From Diplonema japonicum (taxonomy: Eukaryota > Protista > Euglenozoa: Diplonemea): 64,000 nt of DNA. The notes beneath the pieces are model-generated. The model was not told the DNA's origin, did not search any database, and saw only the letters and a program-made list of their open reading frames with translations. Where the stretch lies: the NCBI GenBank assembly GCA_964019335.1, contig OZ025658.1, forward strand, positions 310,001 to 374,000, given 5' to 3'. A program made the translations under genes and the position numbers. Shown here in pieces: positions 34,716 to 45,873 of this stretch. Each line of letters begins with the position of its first letter. The stretch's first letter is position 1.

Positions 34716-35952
34716 GGGCTATGCTGGACGTCGGCAAACTAGATCCGTTTCCGTTTCCGTTTCCATGTTTTCAAAATTCTCATGGAAACGGCTATGTATA
34801 TTTCGGTAAACACTGTTAAGAAGGTCCTTATTTATTTGGGGTTTTTGAAGATACTTACTTTTGGGGTTTTAGAAGGAAAGCTCACGTCGGTCTCTACAAA
34901 AACGAAAGTAAACATGGTCCAGAGAAAGCACCCCCTGGGAGGCGCTTTCAGGCGGAGGATGGGAAGAAGAAGACAGTAAAATGTCGCTTCTGTGATATGG
35001 TCTTCACAGTAGCGTCAACCAGCAGACTCCGCGCCCACATGTTCCAAACAAAAGGCCAAGGAGTAGCGACGTGTGTCCCCAAAGGGGATAGTGTGGAGCC
35101 CCACAAGAAGCTGTTGGAGAAAGCGACAGCGGAGGCGAAGGCTGAGGCAGAGGGAACGAAGAAGCGTAAAGTGGAGAACAGGCCAATGACGCCATTTTTA
35201 ACTGCTACAAGCACGCCAGACGACGTGGACAGGGCTGTTCGGGATTTCTTTCTCGAAACTGGGACCCCATTTTTGAGGGTCGAACATCGGTATGATGTTT
35301 ATCTGTTTCGTGTCCTCTATTTTCTGTTCACAGAACATTCAAGGCACTGTTTGAGAAGGTGAAGCGCCTTCCGCTCGGGGCCACGTACGAGCTACCGGAC
35401 AGGAAAGCTCTGAGCGGAAGGCTGGTTGACGACGCTGTTCAAAAAATGGATGCCACAAGCATCCTTCATCGAAACCCAGAAGATTTCCCCAGGGCGCCAC
35501 CAACACTGGCCCCCTTTGTCTCGTATATTTCTTCTGAGTGATTTGCCCCCAAAAAAATAAGTCTCTAAAACCCCCAAAATAAGGAAACGTTTCTGCCCCG
35601 GCTCTTTAGGACGCCGCTACCGTTTGAACAGCAGAGTACCGTCTTACATTGTCCGACTGTGAACTTTTCTGTGTTTTGCGCGGCATTTCTGGTGAATATC
35701 TATCATTTTCCCAAGGTTAGGATGTAGTTTGTTTTTTGCAACTATTTCAGGTACCAAACCGTGGTCACTGTTTTTCAAAAATACAGATAAAGCATTAACA
35801 AGTGCTCAGAAATGCTCTAATCCGGCGAATTTTGATTTTTTGGTTAATTTGGAGGGTATTGGGCGGTTTTTTTTACCTTAGGGGAAAATTCTTTAAAAAA
35901 CTTTTTTTTTTCACGTTTAACCACGTTTTTTAGGACCATGTGACCCCCCCTA
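34714..35952 (+). mobile_element. Internally deleted hAT DNA transposon with a BED-finger transposase fragment (ATG ~34914, intron 35290-35333)
   Basis: KTVKCRFCDMVF..TSRLRAH (BED zinc finger); TGTPFLRVEHR|TFKALF...YELPDRKALS (hAT N-terminal region); TAGGG...CCCTA termini; early frameshift; no DDE core. Confidence 0.75.
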
Positions 35953-36017
35953 CCCCCCCCCCCCCCCAACAAAAAACACTTCCCTACACTTTTTTTTTTT
36001 CTTTTTTTTTTTCTTTA

Positions 36018-37949
36018 TCAATTCAAACTATCTTGCAGCACGGATGGCGCGACAGGCTCAACAGGGATGTGTGTCTCCCGGACCTCATCGTTGGCCTCGC
36101 TGTGCGTCCGTCTGTTTGCGCTAGAAAAGCTCTGCAGCTGCAAAGGCGTCGAAATGCTGGAAGACGGCTTCCGAATCAAAGGAGTCCCCTTCGCAGTGAG
36201 AATCTGCGTGTGGTCGATACCCTCCTTCAACAGCTTGAGACACATCTGTTCCCTCTGCCTGTCGATTGACGTCTGCTCGAGACACACAAACGGTTTGATC
36301 CACCTTGTGTCCGCAGCCAACAACCACGACGTTGACCTCCAAATCGAAGTTCTAAACGATCTCCACAGCCTTGTCAGATACGTACCCGTGTTGTCATATG
36401 CTGGTGGGGGCCCGTAAGCCGCACCAATACCGGTTTCTTCTTCTTCTTCTTCTTCTTCTCCAGCGTTGATATTTGGGTCGTCTGGTTGTACAAATGGTTG
36501 TGCGTCGTCACCTTCCTCACCTTCATCAGTTAGCATTGACGACGATGGCGAACTGCTGCGCTGCCGTCTTGGAGCTAAACCGAGCAACGTCAGAAGCGGT
36601 TTGGAAAACCCGCCGAATATGAACACGGTGGCCATGACGGTGACAAGGGTTGTCGTCACCAAGATATCGCCGTTTTTCAAAACGCCGGTGTTGGTTCCGT
36701 AGCACGCGAGGGCAAAGGCAACAGCGCCTCTCAAACCAGAGAACCACATGAATATCATCTCCGTGAATTTTATCTTCTCGGTTCGCTCGTCGCGGAACCG
36801 GTTGCTCAGGAAGCACAACGGGAAGATGTTCGCGGCACGCCCCAATAGTATCACGACAAACGTCGCCGCGATAAAAGAATAATTCCACACCAAGCAATCG
36901 CTGTACGACCAGAACGCCGCTCCCAAAAACGCGAAAACGTATAGTTCCGCTGTCTCCGAGATCGCTTTAATCAACCGGGGTATGAAGATCCGATTCCCAA
37001 CGGAAAGGTTGTGAAGAACCCAATGTTTCGTCAACCGCCCACCGACAAAAATAGCCATGATGCCTGAGAGTTCCATAGTCTGTGCCACAGCGTACATTGA
37101 CCCCGCTGACAAAAGAATAGTGACAAGCTCGATCGTCTGGTGTTGTCGGAGGTCCACCACACGTAAAAAAAAAGCGGTTATCAACGAGATCACAATCCCG
37201 ACAACAATGGACCCGATGAACACCCCCCAGAACCGGAAGAAAACTGTTATGACAGATGCAGTTGCATGCCCTACTGACGTGTCAACGCTTTTATTCGACG
37301 CTTCGTCTTTTAAAACACTTTCACACACTGTGTACAGCACAATGGACACAGCATCGTTGATAACAGATTCACCGAAGACTAGATAGAACATCGCTGGCTT
37401 ACCTGTGGAAAACACCTCATTCAAGACCGCAAGAGTTGCTACAGGATCAACAGCTGATATCAGAGCACCAAATGCATACGCTTCCCAAAGAGAGATAATC
37501 CCTCCGAACAGAGGCCCGAACCCCACATACAGTAACGTCCCCACGATGACTGTCGATATCATTGTCCCGAAAATAGCGAGGAGGAGGATTGTTCCCGTGT
37601 TTGATGACAAAGACGATTTTGATGAGGTGAGTGAGAAGCCCGCGTCGAATATAATGGGAGGCAGGATGATGAGGAAGAACGAGTTCGCATTAAACATCGC
37701 CGCCGCCTTGCCGAAATGTGGGCTTATTACATGCAGAAGCATTCCCATTACAAACCCCGTTACTATCACGCTGCCGCATTCTGTCATCAGCGGGATTTTG
37801 AACTTGCTGACCAGCTTTATGGAGAGGAATGCGAGTGCCAGCATGATCCCTTGGACAAGCATCACCATGGCTTCCAACTCTAAACCTTTTTCCGCGGCTG
37901 TTTCCGCTGCGCGGGCTAGACAGCCGGCTTCGGACATGTTGGCTTCCAT
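36018..37949 (-). CDS. Na+/H+ exchanger (CPA1, NHE/NHX family)
   Basis: FFLIILPPIIFDAGF, FGALISAVDPVATLA, VFGESVINDAVSIV and FSGLRGAVAFAL. Confidence 0.95.
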   Translation of the reverse strand: MEANMSEAGCLARAAETAAEKGLELEAMVMLVQGIMLALAFLSIKLVSKFKIPLMTECGSVIVTGFVMGMLLHVISPHFGKAAAMFNANSFFLIILPPIIFDAGFSLTSSKSSLSSNTGTILLLAIFGTMISTVIVGTLLYVGFGPLFGGIISLWEAYAFGALISAVDPVATLAVLNEVFSTGKPAMFYLVFGESVINDAVSIVLYTVCESVLKDEASNKSVDTSVGHATASVITVFFRFWGVFIGSIVVGIVISLITAFFLRVVDLRQHQTIELVTILLSAGSMYAVAQTMELSGIMAIFVGGRLTKHWVLHNLSVGNRIFIPRLIKAISETAELYVFAFLGAAFWSYSDCLVWNYSFIAATFVVILLGRAANIFPLCFLSNRFRDERTEKIKFTEMIFMWFSGLRGAVAFALACYGTNTGVLKNGDILVTTTLVTVMATVFIFGGFSKPLLTLLGLAPRRQRSSSPSSSMLTDEGEEGDDAQPFVQPDDPNINAGEEEEEEEETGIGAAYGPPPAYDNTGTYLTRLWRSFRTSIWRSTSWLLAADTRWIKPFVCLEQTSIDRQREQMCLKLLKEGIDHTQILTAKGTPLIRKPSSSISTPLQLQSFSSANRRTHSEANDEVRETHIPVEPVAPSVLQDSLN

Positions 37950-38523
37950 TTTTTTTTTTTTTTGGTAAAAAAAAAAAAAAAAAAAATTACTCCTCCCCTA
38001 CGCTTCGCCTCCCCCCCCTCTCCTGTGGTGTTGGGTTTTTTTTTTTCTTTTTTTTTCCCCCCTTCCCTAATGGAAACGCCAAAACGAAAGAAAAAGAAAC
38101 TCAAGTTAACATGCAAGCTCCGAGACGAAAGCTGCATGCCAAAAAGAAAGAAAGAAAAAAAGGGTCCCCCCCCCCCCCCCCCCTCGATTTCCCCTCCACG
38201 CACGAAATATGACCCGAGAAAACGAGGAGAAAGAACGGAGCATAACGTCACGCTGAGTATTAAAAAAGAGGGAAAAAAAGAAGGGAAATATGATTGTAAA
38301 AAAAAGGGGGGGGGGGAATTCTCTTTTTTTTCCCCTTTTCCATGAAAGGAACAAAAAGAGAAGAAAAAACAATGGGCATCGAGTTTGTCCTTACCCATAC
38401 AAACACCCCCCCTTTTTTTCTTCTTCTTAGGTTTGTATTTTCACTCCCGAGTACAACGAAAAAAAGAAAGCAAATTGTAAGTACCCTTTTTCTTCTTCAT
38501 TCTTTTTTTTTTTCTCTTTTTTT

Positions 38524-38646
38524 GCATGAACAAGAAAAACAATATATTGATAGTGAATTGTTAGCGCTAAAAAACGAGTAGTGGTGGCATTGTTGGGCTT
38601 ATCCTTCTACAGGTTAAGCCCAGCTGTGCACAATCAACAATCAACC

Positions 38647-38649
<3 letters not shown>
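38524..38649 (+). mobile_element. Second solo (A+B) short element of YR family 1
   Basis: gcatgaacaagaaaaacaatatattg...cttatccttctacaggttaagcccagctgtgcacaatcaacaatcaaccgac, flanked by T-tracts; a few differences from the 24113 copy. Confidence 0.88.
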
Positions 38650-38678
<29 letters not shown>

Positions 38679-38734
38679 CCTTTTTTTTTTTACTAGTTCA
38701 ATAATGACAAAGAGGGGAATTTAACAATAATGGA

Positions 38735-38766
<32 letters not shown>

Positions 38767-39475
38767 CCCCTAGTCACCATCTTCTTAAATTCCATATTTG
38801 CGTTTGAATAAAGATAAAACGGGTAAGTAATTTAAAGGGGGGGGGGGGTAAGAAAAAATAACTTGATGGGAAAGACAAAAAAAAAAGCCACCATTTTTTT
38901 AAATTATTTTTTTTGCTCGGAAGAAAAAAAACAAAACAAACAAAAACAGGTCCTCTCATGCAAGGCCACATATGTGAGTAAGGGGTTCCAGAAGGGAATA
39001 GGACAGAAAGAAACCAAGCACGTCTTCGATAACCACAAGGAAAAGAACCGCCTGAGCACGAACTGAGGGAAAAAGTAAGCAGGACTCGGTTTGCCAAGAC
39101 AAAAAAAAAAAGAAAAGAGATGTTTAATAAAAGAACATTTTAGCTACATCATGCTAGACTAACCCACAAGGGGTTATTTCGATGAACAGAAAAAAAGAAC
39201 AGAAGGGGGGGGGGGGGGGTACACAAAAAAAAGAAAGAAAAGTTCGTCTTTTCTTCAGTGAAGGACAAAAAGAAAAAAAAAAGATTTTTGTTTCACCACG
39301 TAATCGGAGAGCACCGTTCCCACTAAGAAGAAGGGAAAAAAAAAATGAAAAAAAAAAATATAAACAGAACACAAAGGGAGAGAGCACGAAAGCCGGTTTT
39401 CTGTATCGTTACTACTGATCAGCTTCGAATAGTTTTTTTTGTTTCCCTTTTTTTTTTCCCCTTCTCTCATCTCTT

Positions 39476-41911
39476 TCAATTCTTTTGCACGACCTTTCTA
39501 GGAGACGAGTAACCATTTCGTCGTTGCTTCACCTTCCACCTCTTAAGAGTGCACGCAAGAGCAAGCACACAGCAGACACCGGCAGCCACAAGACAACCAA
39601 CTAAGAATGGTGCCATCTGTTTTTTTTTTTTCTCTTTTTTTTTTTTCTTCCCCTCTCATACCTGTTCACACGTATCGCCCCTCCATGCCGAGCTACACTC
39701 ACAAGTCCCGTCACCCACAGAACAAGGAAGGTTGCTGCATTGAGGGCCACCACCGTCGTTGCAGCTTCCAAAGTGGCAGTCAGGACATTGGTTGCATTCT
39801 AAACCGAAATACCCTTCAGCACAAGACCCACAGTCGTTCCCTGTGAACGGTGTTTCACATAAACAGCTCGATCTCATTCCAGGGGAGTGCTGGCATTGAC
39901 CTGACGAAGAGCCGTAGCACTCGCACAACCCACACCCGTCATCGCAAGTTTCTCCCGGTTTTGCGTTGGACAAGCTGCACCCTTCGTAGAAAGTGATGTT
40001 CGCCCCTTGTGCTGCGGACCACGTCGAGCCGTTGTCAGCAGACACCGACAGGTTGTAAGGGACGTCCAGCTCGAAGGTGTAGTTCCTCAACGGGACGTGG
40101 CAGGTGACCTCACTGTCGCTGATGTACGTTGCACGGAGTGTGTGCTGGTGTTCTGAAGCCGTCGACACCACTCTGCACACCAGCGAGCTGTTTGTTGGTG
40201 AGAACAACGCACCCCTCACAGTCACTGCGATGCAGCCTTGGCTTCTGACGTGCGTTGGCTCCACTGCTGTCAGCTTTGGGTAAGGCTCGTACACGGTGGC
40301 CGCCTCTCCTGTGGAGATGGCATGGTCGATGCCTGCAGCTGTGTCAGAATACCGCACTGCTACGGACACCTTCCCTATCTCCACAGGGGTGTCTATCGCT
40401 GCCGTGTAGACTGTTGCGTTCGAAGCTGTTACGTTGTAACCTACGTTGGAGACCACTACCTCCAGCACTGCATCGGGTAGGTCTGCCAGGTTGCCTGCCA
40501 GACGTACCATCGAGCCTGGCACACCTCTTGGCCATAGTTGCGGGGACATGTTGTTGATGGTGATATTTCTACCGGGGGACGCGCCGAGTGCGGCGACGGC
40601 CCATCCCTGCGTCGGGTACAGCAGATCCAAACCTGCGAAGAATTTCTTCTGTATGGTGAGGTCGGCCATCCACGTGATGCTTGCGTAGCCGTGGTAGAAC
40701 TCTGCGAGGAAGCCGCTTAAAAGGTTATTGTAGAAGGTGACTGACGTGAGGTTCACATCGGCAACACGCCTTGCAAGCTCCACGCCAGGTACCGTGCCGG
40801 TGAGCAGGTTGTCGTGCAACAGGATGCGGTGCCTTGTTGCGGACCACACGACACTCGGAACTGTACCCACGAGGCTGTTGTTCGCCAGTATGAAGTGCTG
40901 AACAGCCGTATCGGCAGGGAGGGGCGGGATGGTGCCGTTCAGCTTGTTGTCTCTAAGATCGAGAATCTGCAGTGACCCTGCTGCGAACAGCGACCGGGGA
41001 AGCTCCCCGTGGAAAGGACCTTGCAGGCGAACCTCCTGCAACCCCACCATGTCACCAAAGCTGTCCGGGATCGTGCCGCTGAAAAGCGACTCGGCCGCAA
41101 CAAGCTTCTGCAGATTATGCAACCGGCTGAGATTTGGGAGGGAACCGCCCATGAGTGTGTTGTGGATGACAATAGACTCCAAGTTTGTCATGCTTGACAC
41201 ACAAAGTGGGATGATGCCTTTCAGCTGTGTGTTGTCATGAAGCTGGAGCTCCTTGAAGGAAGGCAGGACGCAGAGGCTGGACAACCACTCGGCATTGCCT
41301 GCATCCGTCACTAGGTTGTTCTCACCCAGCAGCAAAATTTCCAGCACGCTGGTACTCTTCAGACCGTTGAGAATGGGAAGGGCAGTTAGCATGTTGCGCG
41401 AAGCGTCCAGCTCTGCTATGCAAGGCGGGAAGCTTTTTTGCATCACGGATTCGAACTGGTTGTCGGAAAGTTTCAGAACAACCGGGGTGTGCCGGGACCC
41501 GGGACACAGTCTGGATGCGTCGAACTCCACGGCCCCCGTGAAGTTGTTGCGTGACAGGTCCAGTGTTGCGAAGTCCTTGTTGGCTTTCAGAAGTTCGTTC
41601 CCGATGGAGCCGCCCAGTGAGTTGCCTGTTAGGTTGAGTACCTGCATATCTTGAAGGGTCTCCCACAGGGATGGGATGGGTAGTACACCAACGAGTCGGT
41701 TGTTCTGTAGTTCTAGGCTTGTTACGTGGTCTCCGTGAGCGCAGGTGACGCCTTCCCATTCACACACAGAGCTGTTTGACAGCCACCCTTGTCTTCTCTC
41801 CCATTCAATACCCCCAGCGCTGATGAAAAACTCTTCCAGCACAGTCCGTTCGTTACTCGCGGCGAGCTCCACCCATATGACGCAGAACAAAGCGATCAGT
41901 TGCCATCTCAT
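39476..41911 (-). CDS. LRR receptor-like surface protein (signal peptide, LRR-NT + LRRs, IPT/TIG, EGF-like, TM, short tail); intron 39617-39661
   Basis: MRWQLIALFC signal peptide, VCEWEGVTC, LxxNxLxGxxP repeats, and Cys-rich EGF-like repeats. The spliced last exon MAPFLVGCLVAAGVCCVLALACTLKRWK supplies the TM helix. Confidence 0.85.
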
Positions 41912-42000
41912 CACAGGGCTGATTAAGGTGGGTTTTTTCGTGTTCACAAAAAAAAAAAAAGAAAAGAAAAAAAAAAAATAAAGAAAAAAAAATCGGATAT

Positions 42001-43173
42001 CTACGTAACCGTCTTTCCATTGTCTTTGTATTTGAAGTAGATGTTGTATTTTCGTGTCAGGCTGTTGACTTCTTTTTTGGACAGCCCCCTATCTCGGGCG
42101 TGCTGCAGCACCTCGAGAAGCGAGGTCACGTCGTCTGCCGCCTTGTACACATTGAACATGGCGATCCACAGCACAGGCGACCGGATCCCTAAGTTGAGGG
42201 AATGGTGGAACACGTTTCTTGAGATGTCTATGTATCTTTCTGCCGAGACGCCCTGGGTGACGGATCGTTCCGCAAGGGTGAAGATGCTGAGGATGAGCGA
42301 CAGGGAAACGTTCATCTTTGGAAGGGCGTACGCGTGCCTCCACGATTTGAACCCTTTCTCGAAATGGTCCTTCTCCGAGTAGCAGAGAACCAGCTCGGCC
42401 CAGCAATGCCCGGTCGGAATGACACCGTACTTTCTTTCAGCATCTGAGAGGAATTTCCCAAGGTCGCTGTACAACCCGTGTCCTCTGTATACTTTGCATA
42501 TACATAAAAGAGTTTCCCTGTCGGGTTTTAGATGGCGAACGGTGGTCATTTCCAACAGAATTTCAGGTATTTCATCGGGTGTGGAGAGGCTGAGCAATAT
42601 GTTGAAGGTTTCTGTGGACAATGACACCCCGGAGTTTTGCAGTTCTTCCAAGACGGCAAAGCACTGCGCATGGTCGCCTTGTGCAGCGTGGTATTTGAGC
42701 AGATTGTTGTAGACAGAAACAGTCATGCGAAAACCGAGGTTTTTGTACCGATCGAGGTATTTGAGAAAGCGGGACTCTTCCATCTCTGTTTCGTAGTTGA
42801 ACATTATGTTGAAGGCTTCGATTGTGAGGTTTCTTTCCGGGATATCCTCGAATAGTTTTCTTGCTTGTCGCAAACGTTTTTGTCCGAGCTCTCTCAATAC
42901 GAACTCGTAAGATTTTCCCCCCAGCTTGCCTGTTTTTTTCAGCTCGTACGTGTCTCGCAGCATTTTTTCCGGTTCTTTCGTGCTGCGCCATTTCCACAGT
43001 GCCCTGAAACTTTCCTCGTCGCTGCGCACTGACAGGATCTCCTCCCCTACGCGCTGGTACCGCCTATCGGTGTTTTTGTCCCCTTTGTCTTGATTTCCCA
43101 TCGTTGTTCGCCTTACAATGTCATCTATCTCACGAAATCCCTGCGAGCACTTTAGAAGGGTCCGGCGAATCAT
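42001..43173 (-). CDS. Pentatricopeptide-repeat protein, probably mitochondrial
   Basis: PPR-like motifs (VSVYNNLLKYHAAQGD, TETFNILL, HCWAELVLCYS) and an Arg-rich N-terminus, MIRRTLLKCS. Confidence 0.8.
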   Translation of the reverse strand: MIRRTLLKCSQGFREIDDIVRRTTMGNQDKGDKNTDRRYQRVGEEILSVRSDEESFRALWKWRSTKEPEKMLRDTYELKKTGKLGGKSYEFVLRELGQKRLRQARKLFEDIPERNLTIEAFNIMFNYETEMEESRFLKYLDRYKNLGFRMTVSVYNNLLKYHAAQGDHAQCFAVLEELQNSGVSLSTETFNILLSLSTPDEIPEILLEMTTVRHLKPDRETLLCICKVYRGHGLYSDLGKFLSDAERKYGVIPTGHCWAELVLCYSEKDHFEKGFKSWRHAYALPKMNVSLSLILSIFTLAERSVTQGVSAERYIDISRNVFHHSLNLGIRSPVLWIAMFNVYKAADDVTSLLEVLQHARDRGLSKKEVNSLTRKYNIYFKYKDNGKTVT

Positions 43174-43393
43174 TTTTTTTCAATTTTATGTTTCATTTGG
43201 TGTCGCCCCCCCCCCCCCCCCCCCCTTTTTTTTGTCATTGTATTTTGTGTTGTTTTGGAAAAAAAAAAGTGGGACACGAGAAGAACAAAAGAGGGAAAGA
43301 AAAAAAAAAAAAAAAAAGACGACAAAAACTATATGACACTCGAGATAAAGAAAAAAAGAAGAAGGGAAAAAAAAAAAAAAAAAATTACCTTCC

Positions 43394-43669
43394 TTATTTC
43401 ACGATCCTTGCAATTCGCCTTGGCTGAGGGGCGTTCAGTGAGCTGATCGCGCCTTCCACGTCCTGAAGCAATGCCGTAGCCCCGTTGTGGTCCAACGTCA
43501 ACCACTTGCATCGTTCTTCTCCTTTGTCTACATACACCAGCTTGACTGTGTACTGGGGCTCTTGCTTCACACACCGGTCGTGCATGTGAGCTGTTGGTAC
43601 ATCTATTCTCCATTCCAGGTCCTTAAACTCCTTGTAAGACACCACCCTGTTATCACCTGGCTGGTCCAT
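43394..43669 (-). CDS. COMM-domain protein (COMMD2-like C-terminus); only the COMM domain is visible
   Basis: FKDLEWRIDV...EPQY signature and the tail RRIARIVK. Confidence 0.7.
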   Translation of the reverse strand: MDQPGDNRVVSYKEFKDLEWRIDVPTAHMHDRCVKQEPQYTVKLVYVDKGEERCKWLTLDHNGATALLQDVEGAISSLNAPQPRRIARIVK

Positions 43670-44187
43670 TGTTACTCGCCCAACCCCCCCCCCTCTTTTT
43701 TTTCATTTTTTGCTGGAACAACAATACAAACTTTGAAAAGAAATTTTTTTTGCAATGGTGAAAACGGCCTCGCACAAAAAAATAATCAGCCGATTTTTTT
43801 TTTTTTTTTTTTTTTTTCCCCACCGGAGGTGAAGCAGCAAAGACTAGGGTTAGGGCAACATGGGAACAGTAAAGTTTGTGTTTTCGTGCTCACCAACATC
43901 CTGCGCTTCAAAAAAAAAAAAAAAAAAAAAAAAAAAATGAAGAACACCTTTGAATTTTCTTTTCTTCACCACAAGGATAGGGGGGGATGAAGAAACACCG
44001 TACATTTCCCTCTTTAAAAAAAAAATACTTTTTCAATAACGTCGGCAAACGTCTTTTTACAAACTTCTCCAGATTTCAACCCAATGTCGGCGGAGGGTTC
44101 TCCCCTTTTTTTATATAGCGGAACAATTCCGTTGGGGGGGGGGGGGGGGGGGGGGGCATCAGAATGGTTATTTTTAGACCTCTTTTT

Positions 44188-45636
44188 TCATTTCCAGCGA
44201 TTGTCCTTCACCCTTGCGGCCCTTTCGTTCCTCGCCTTCGTCACCTCTGATGTGTCGTCCATCCCCAAGGAGCGGAGGTAGTGTATAGCATCCCCTGCAC
44301 AACTGGCAATCGCTGCTTGCAAGCAGCTGTTCCCATATGGCGTGACATGGTGGAGGTCTGCACCGTGTTCGAGGAAGAGCTTCATCCCATCGACGTTGTT
44401 CCGCCTCGCGAGGACGCTGAGCGGAGACCCTCCAGCATAGAACTTCACCCTGCTGAGAGACGCGTCATGTTTCAGAACAATCTTCAAACTGGCATTCATC
44501 GGAAAACCAACCCGCGCATCATCACAAAAAACACCAACAATTTTTGAATTTAACTTGATGGCTTTAGATGTGAGGAGCTGATCGAGTACAGGAGGGGCTA
44601 CCTCCGTGCAGATAGCAGACCAGTTGTAGCAAGTGTACCAGGAAAGAAGCCTCACAAGGCAACATATCTTGTTGTCATTGAGGAGGGTTCGCATGATGAT
44701 TGTCCTCAGTTTTCTACCGACAATGGGCCAGGTGTTCCCTATGACCCGGCAGAACACATCGTCATCCTCGTCGGCCCAGCCTTTGTTGAGCATAGAATAT
44801 ATTTCACTACAGAACCCGGTTGTGTTGTTCCAAAGTACTTTTATAGCAGGCTTGCGCCCGGCAAGAATGTCACGGACTTTGCTTGCACACCCGAAACTCA
44901 ATAGACGCAACAGCGACTCATTCTTGATGATTGCCAGGTGCGACAAGAAAATATCAATGAGAAACCACGTGTGAGGGCACCCAGTGATTACAGTGAAAAA
45001 ATAACTAGCGTAGTCCGGGTCCATGCATTTAGAATTGCTAAGCATCGCGCGTGCTGCCTCCATCAGCTGCGGTTCGTCAACTGGCTCTGATATGTACTTC
45101 AGTACTGAAATAAAATCACCCCATGCCCCAAGAGTTATCAAGGGCTTTATTAAATCGAAACGACCGCCTTTTGCCGCGGTGGTGAGAACCTCTCTATTAA
45201 CACAGTTAGAAGGATCGTACTCAAGGAGCGTGTCCACAATTCCACGGGAGCCAGCCAATAGTGCAGCGTTGAAGGTATGGTGTTGCAATTGCTTGAGACA
45301 CCTACCGTCTGAGTAGTAGGCCATGAAGGTCCCGACGTCGTCCTCGCGGAGTGCCTGATCAATCCTCGCCAGCCCATCGAGGCCGGTTGGAAGCCCCGAC
45401 ATTTCAAATCGAACCTTCTCTTGAACCTCTTGGCTCGCTGTTATTGTTATCACATCCCCTTCCTGCAACCCCAGGTCCGATATGATCTGGCCATCTTTTA
45501 GCACCTCCCCTTCAAACTCCACCTTGTGTTCCTCTGTGTCGCACCCTACTTCTTGTTTTAATCTTTTTTCATCCCACTGTTCCCCTATCTCTACAGGCAG
45601 CAGTTCGCCATCAAGCATCCGCACTGAGATCTCCAT
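44188..45636 (-). CDS. Ubiquitin-like domain + ankyrin-repeat protein (paralog A)
   Basis: MEISVRMLDGE...FEGEVLKDGQIISDLGLQEGDVI (Ubl) and GGSPLSVLARRNNVDGMKLFLEHGAD (ANK). Confidence 0.85.
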   Translation of the reverse strand: MEISVRMLDGELLPVEIGEQWDEKRLKQEVGCDTEEHKVEFEGEVLKDGQIISDLGLQEGDVITITASQEVQEKVRFEMSGLPTGLDGLARIDQALREDDVGTFMAYYSDGRCLKQLQHHTFNAALLAGSRGIVDTLLEYDPSNCVNREVLTTAAKGGRFDLIKPLITLGAWGDFISVLKYISEPVDEPQLMEAARAMLSNSKCMDPDYASYFFTVITGCPHTWFLIDIFLSHLAIIKNESLLRLLSFGCASKVRDILAGRKPAIKVLWNNTTGFCSEIYSMLNKGWADEDDDVFCRVIGNTWPIVGRKLRTIIMRTLLNDNKICCLVRLLSWYTCYNWSAICTEVAPPVLDQLLTSKAIKLNSKIVGVFCDDARVGFPMNASLKIVLKHDASLSRVKFYAGGSPLSVLARRNNVDGMKLFLEHGADLHHVTPYGNSCLQAAIASCAGDAIHYLRSLGMDDTSEVTKARNERAARVKDNRWK

Positions 45637-45873
45637 TTTCTTTTTTTGTAGAAATCCTTCATTTTCTTATACAGTCTTTAATCAGGGTTGGGGTCCATTG
45701 AACAGAGAAGCTGTACTATGTGAGGATCGAGTCCCACGATTTAGCAAGAAGCACATCGACGGAAGGGGCAGGGGGTGCTGGTAGCGATGCACACCACTGC
45801 CCAGTTGAGCTGCAAGAGATCTTCGCAGCTGCAGATTTTCATTTCTTTAAAAATGGCCGGGAGTAAAAAAGTT

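Noticed and set aside
43843-43855. TAGGGTTAGGG telomere-like motif
   Set aside because: Fewer than two full units; compatible with chance.
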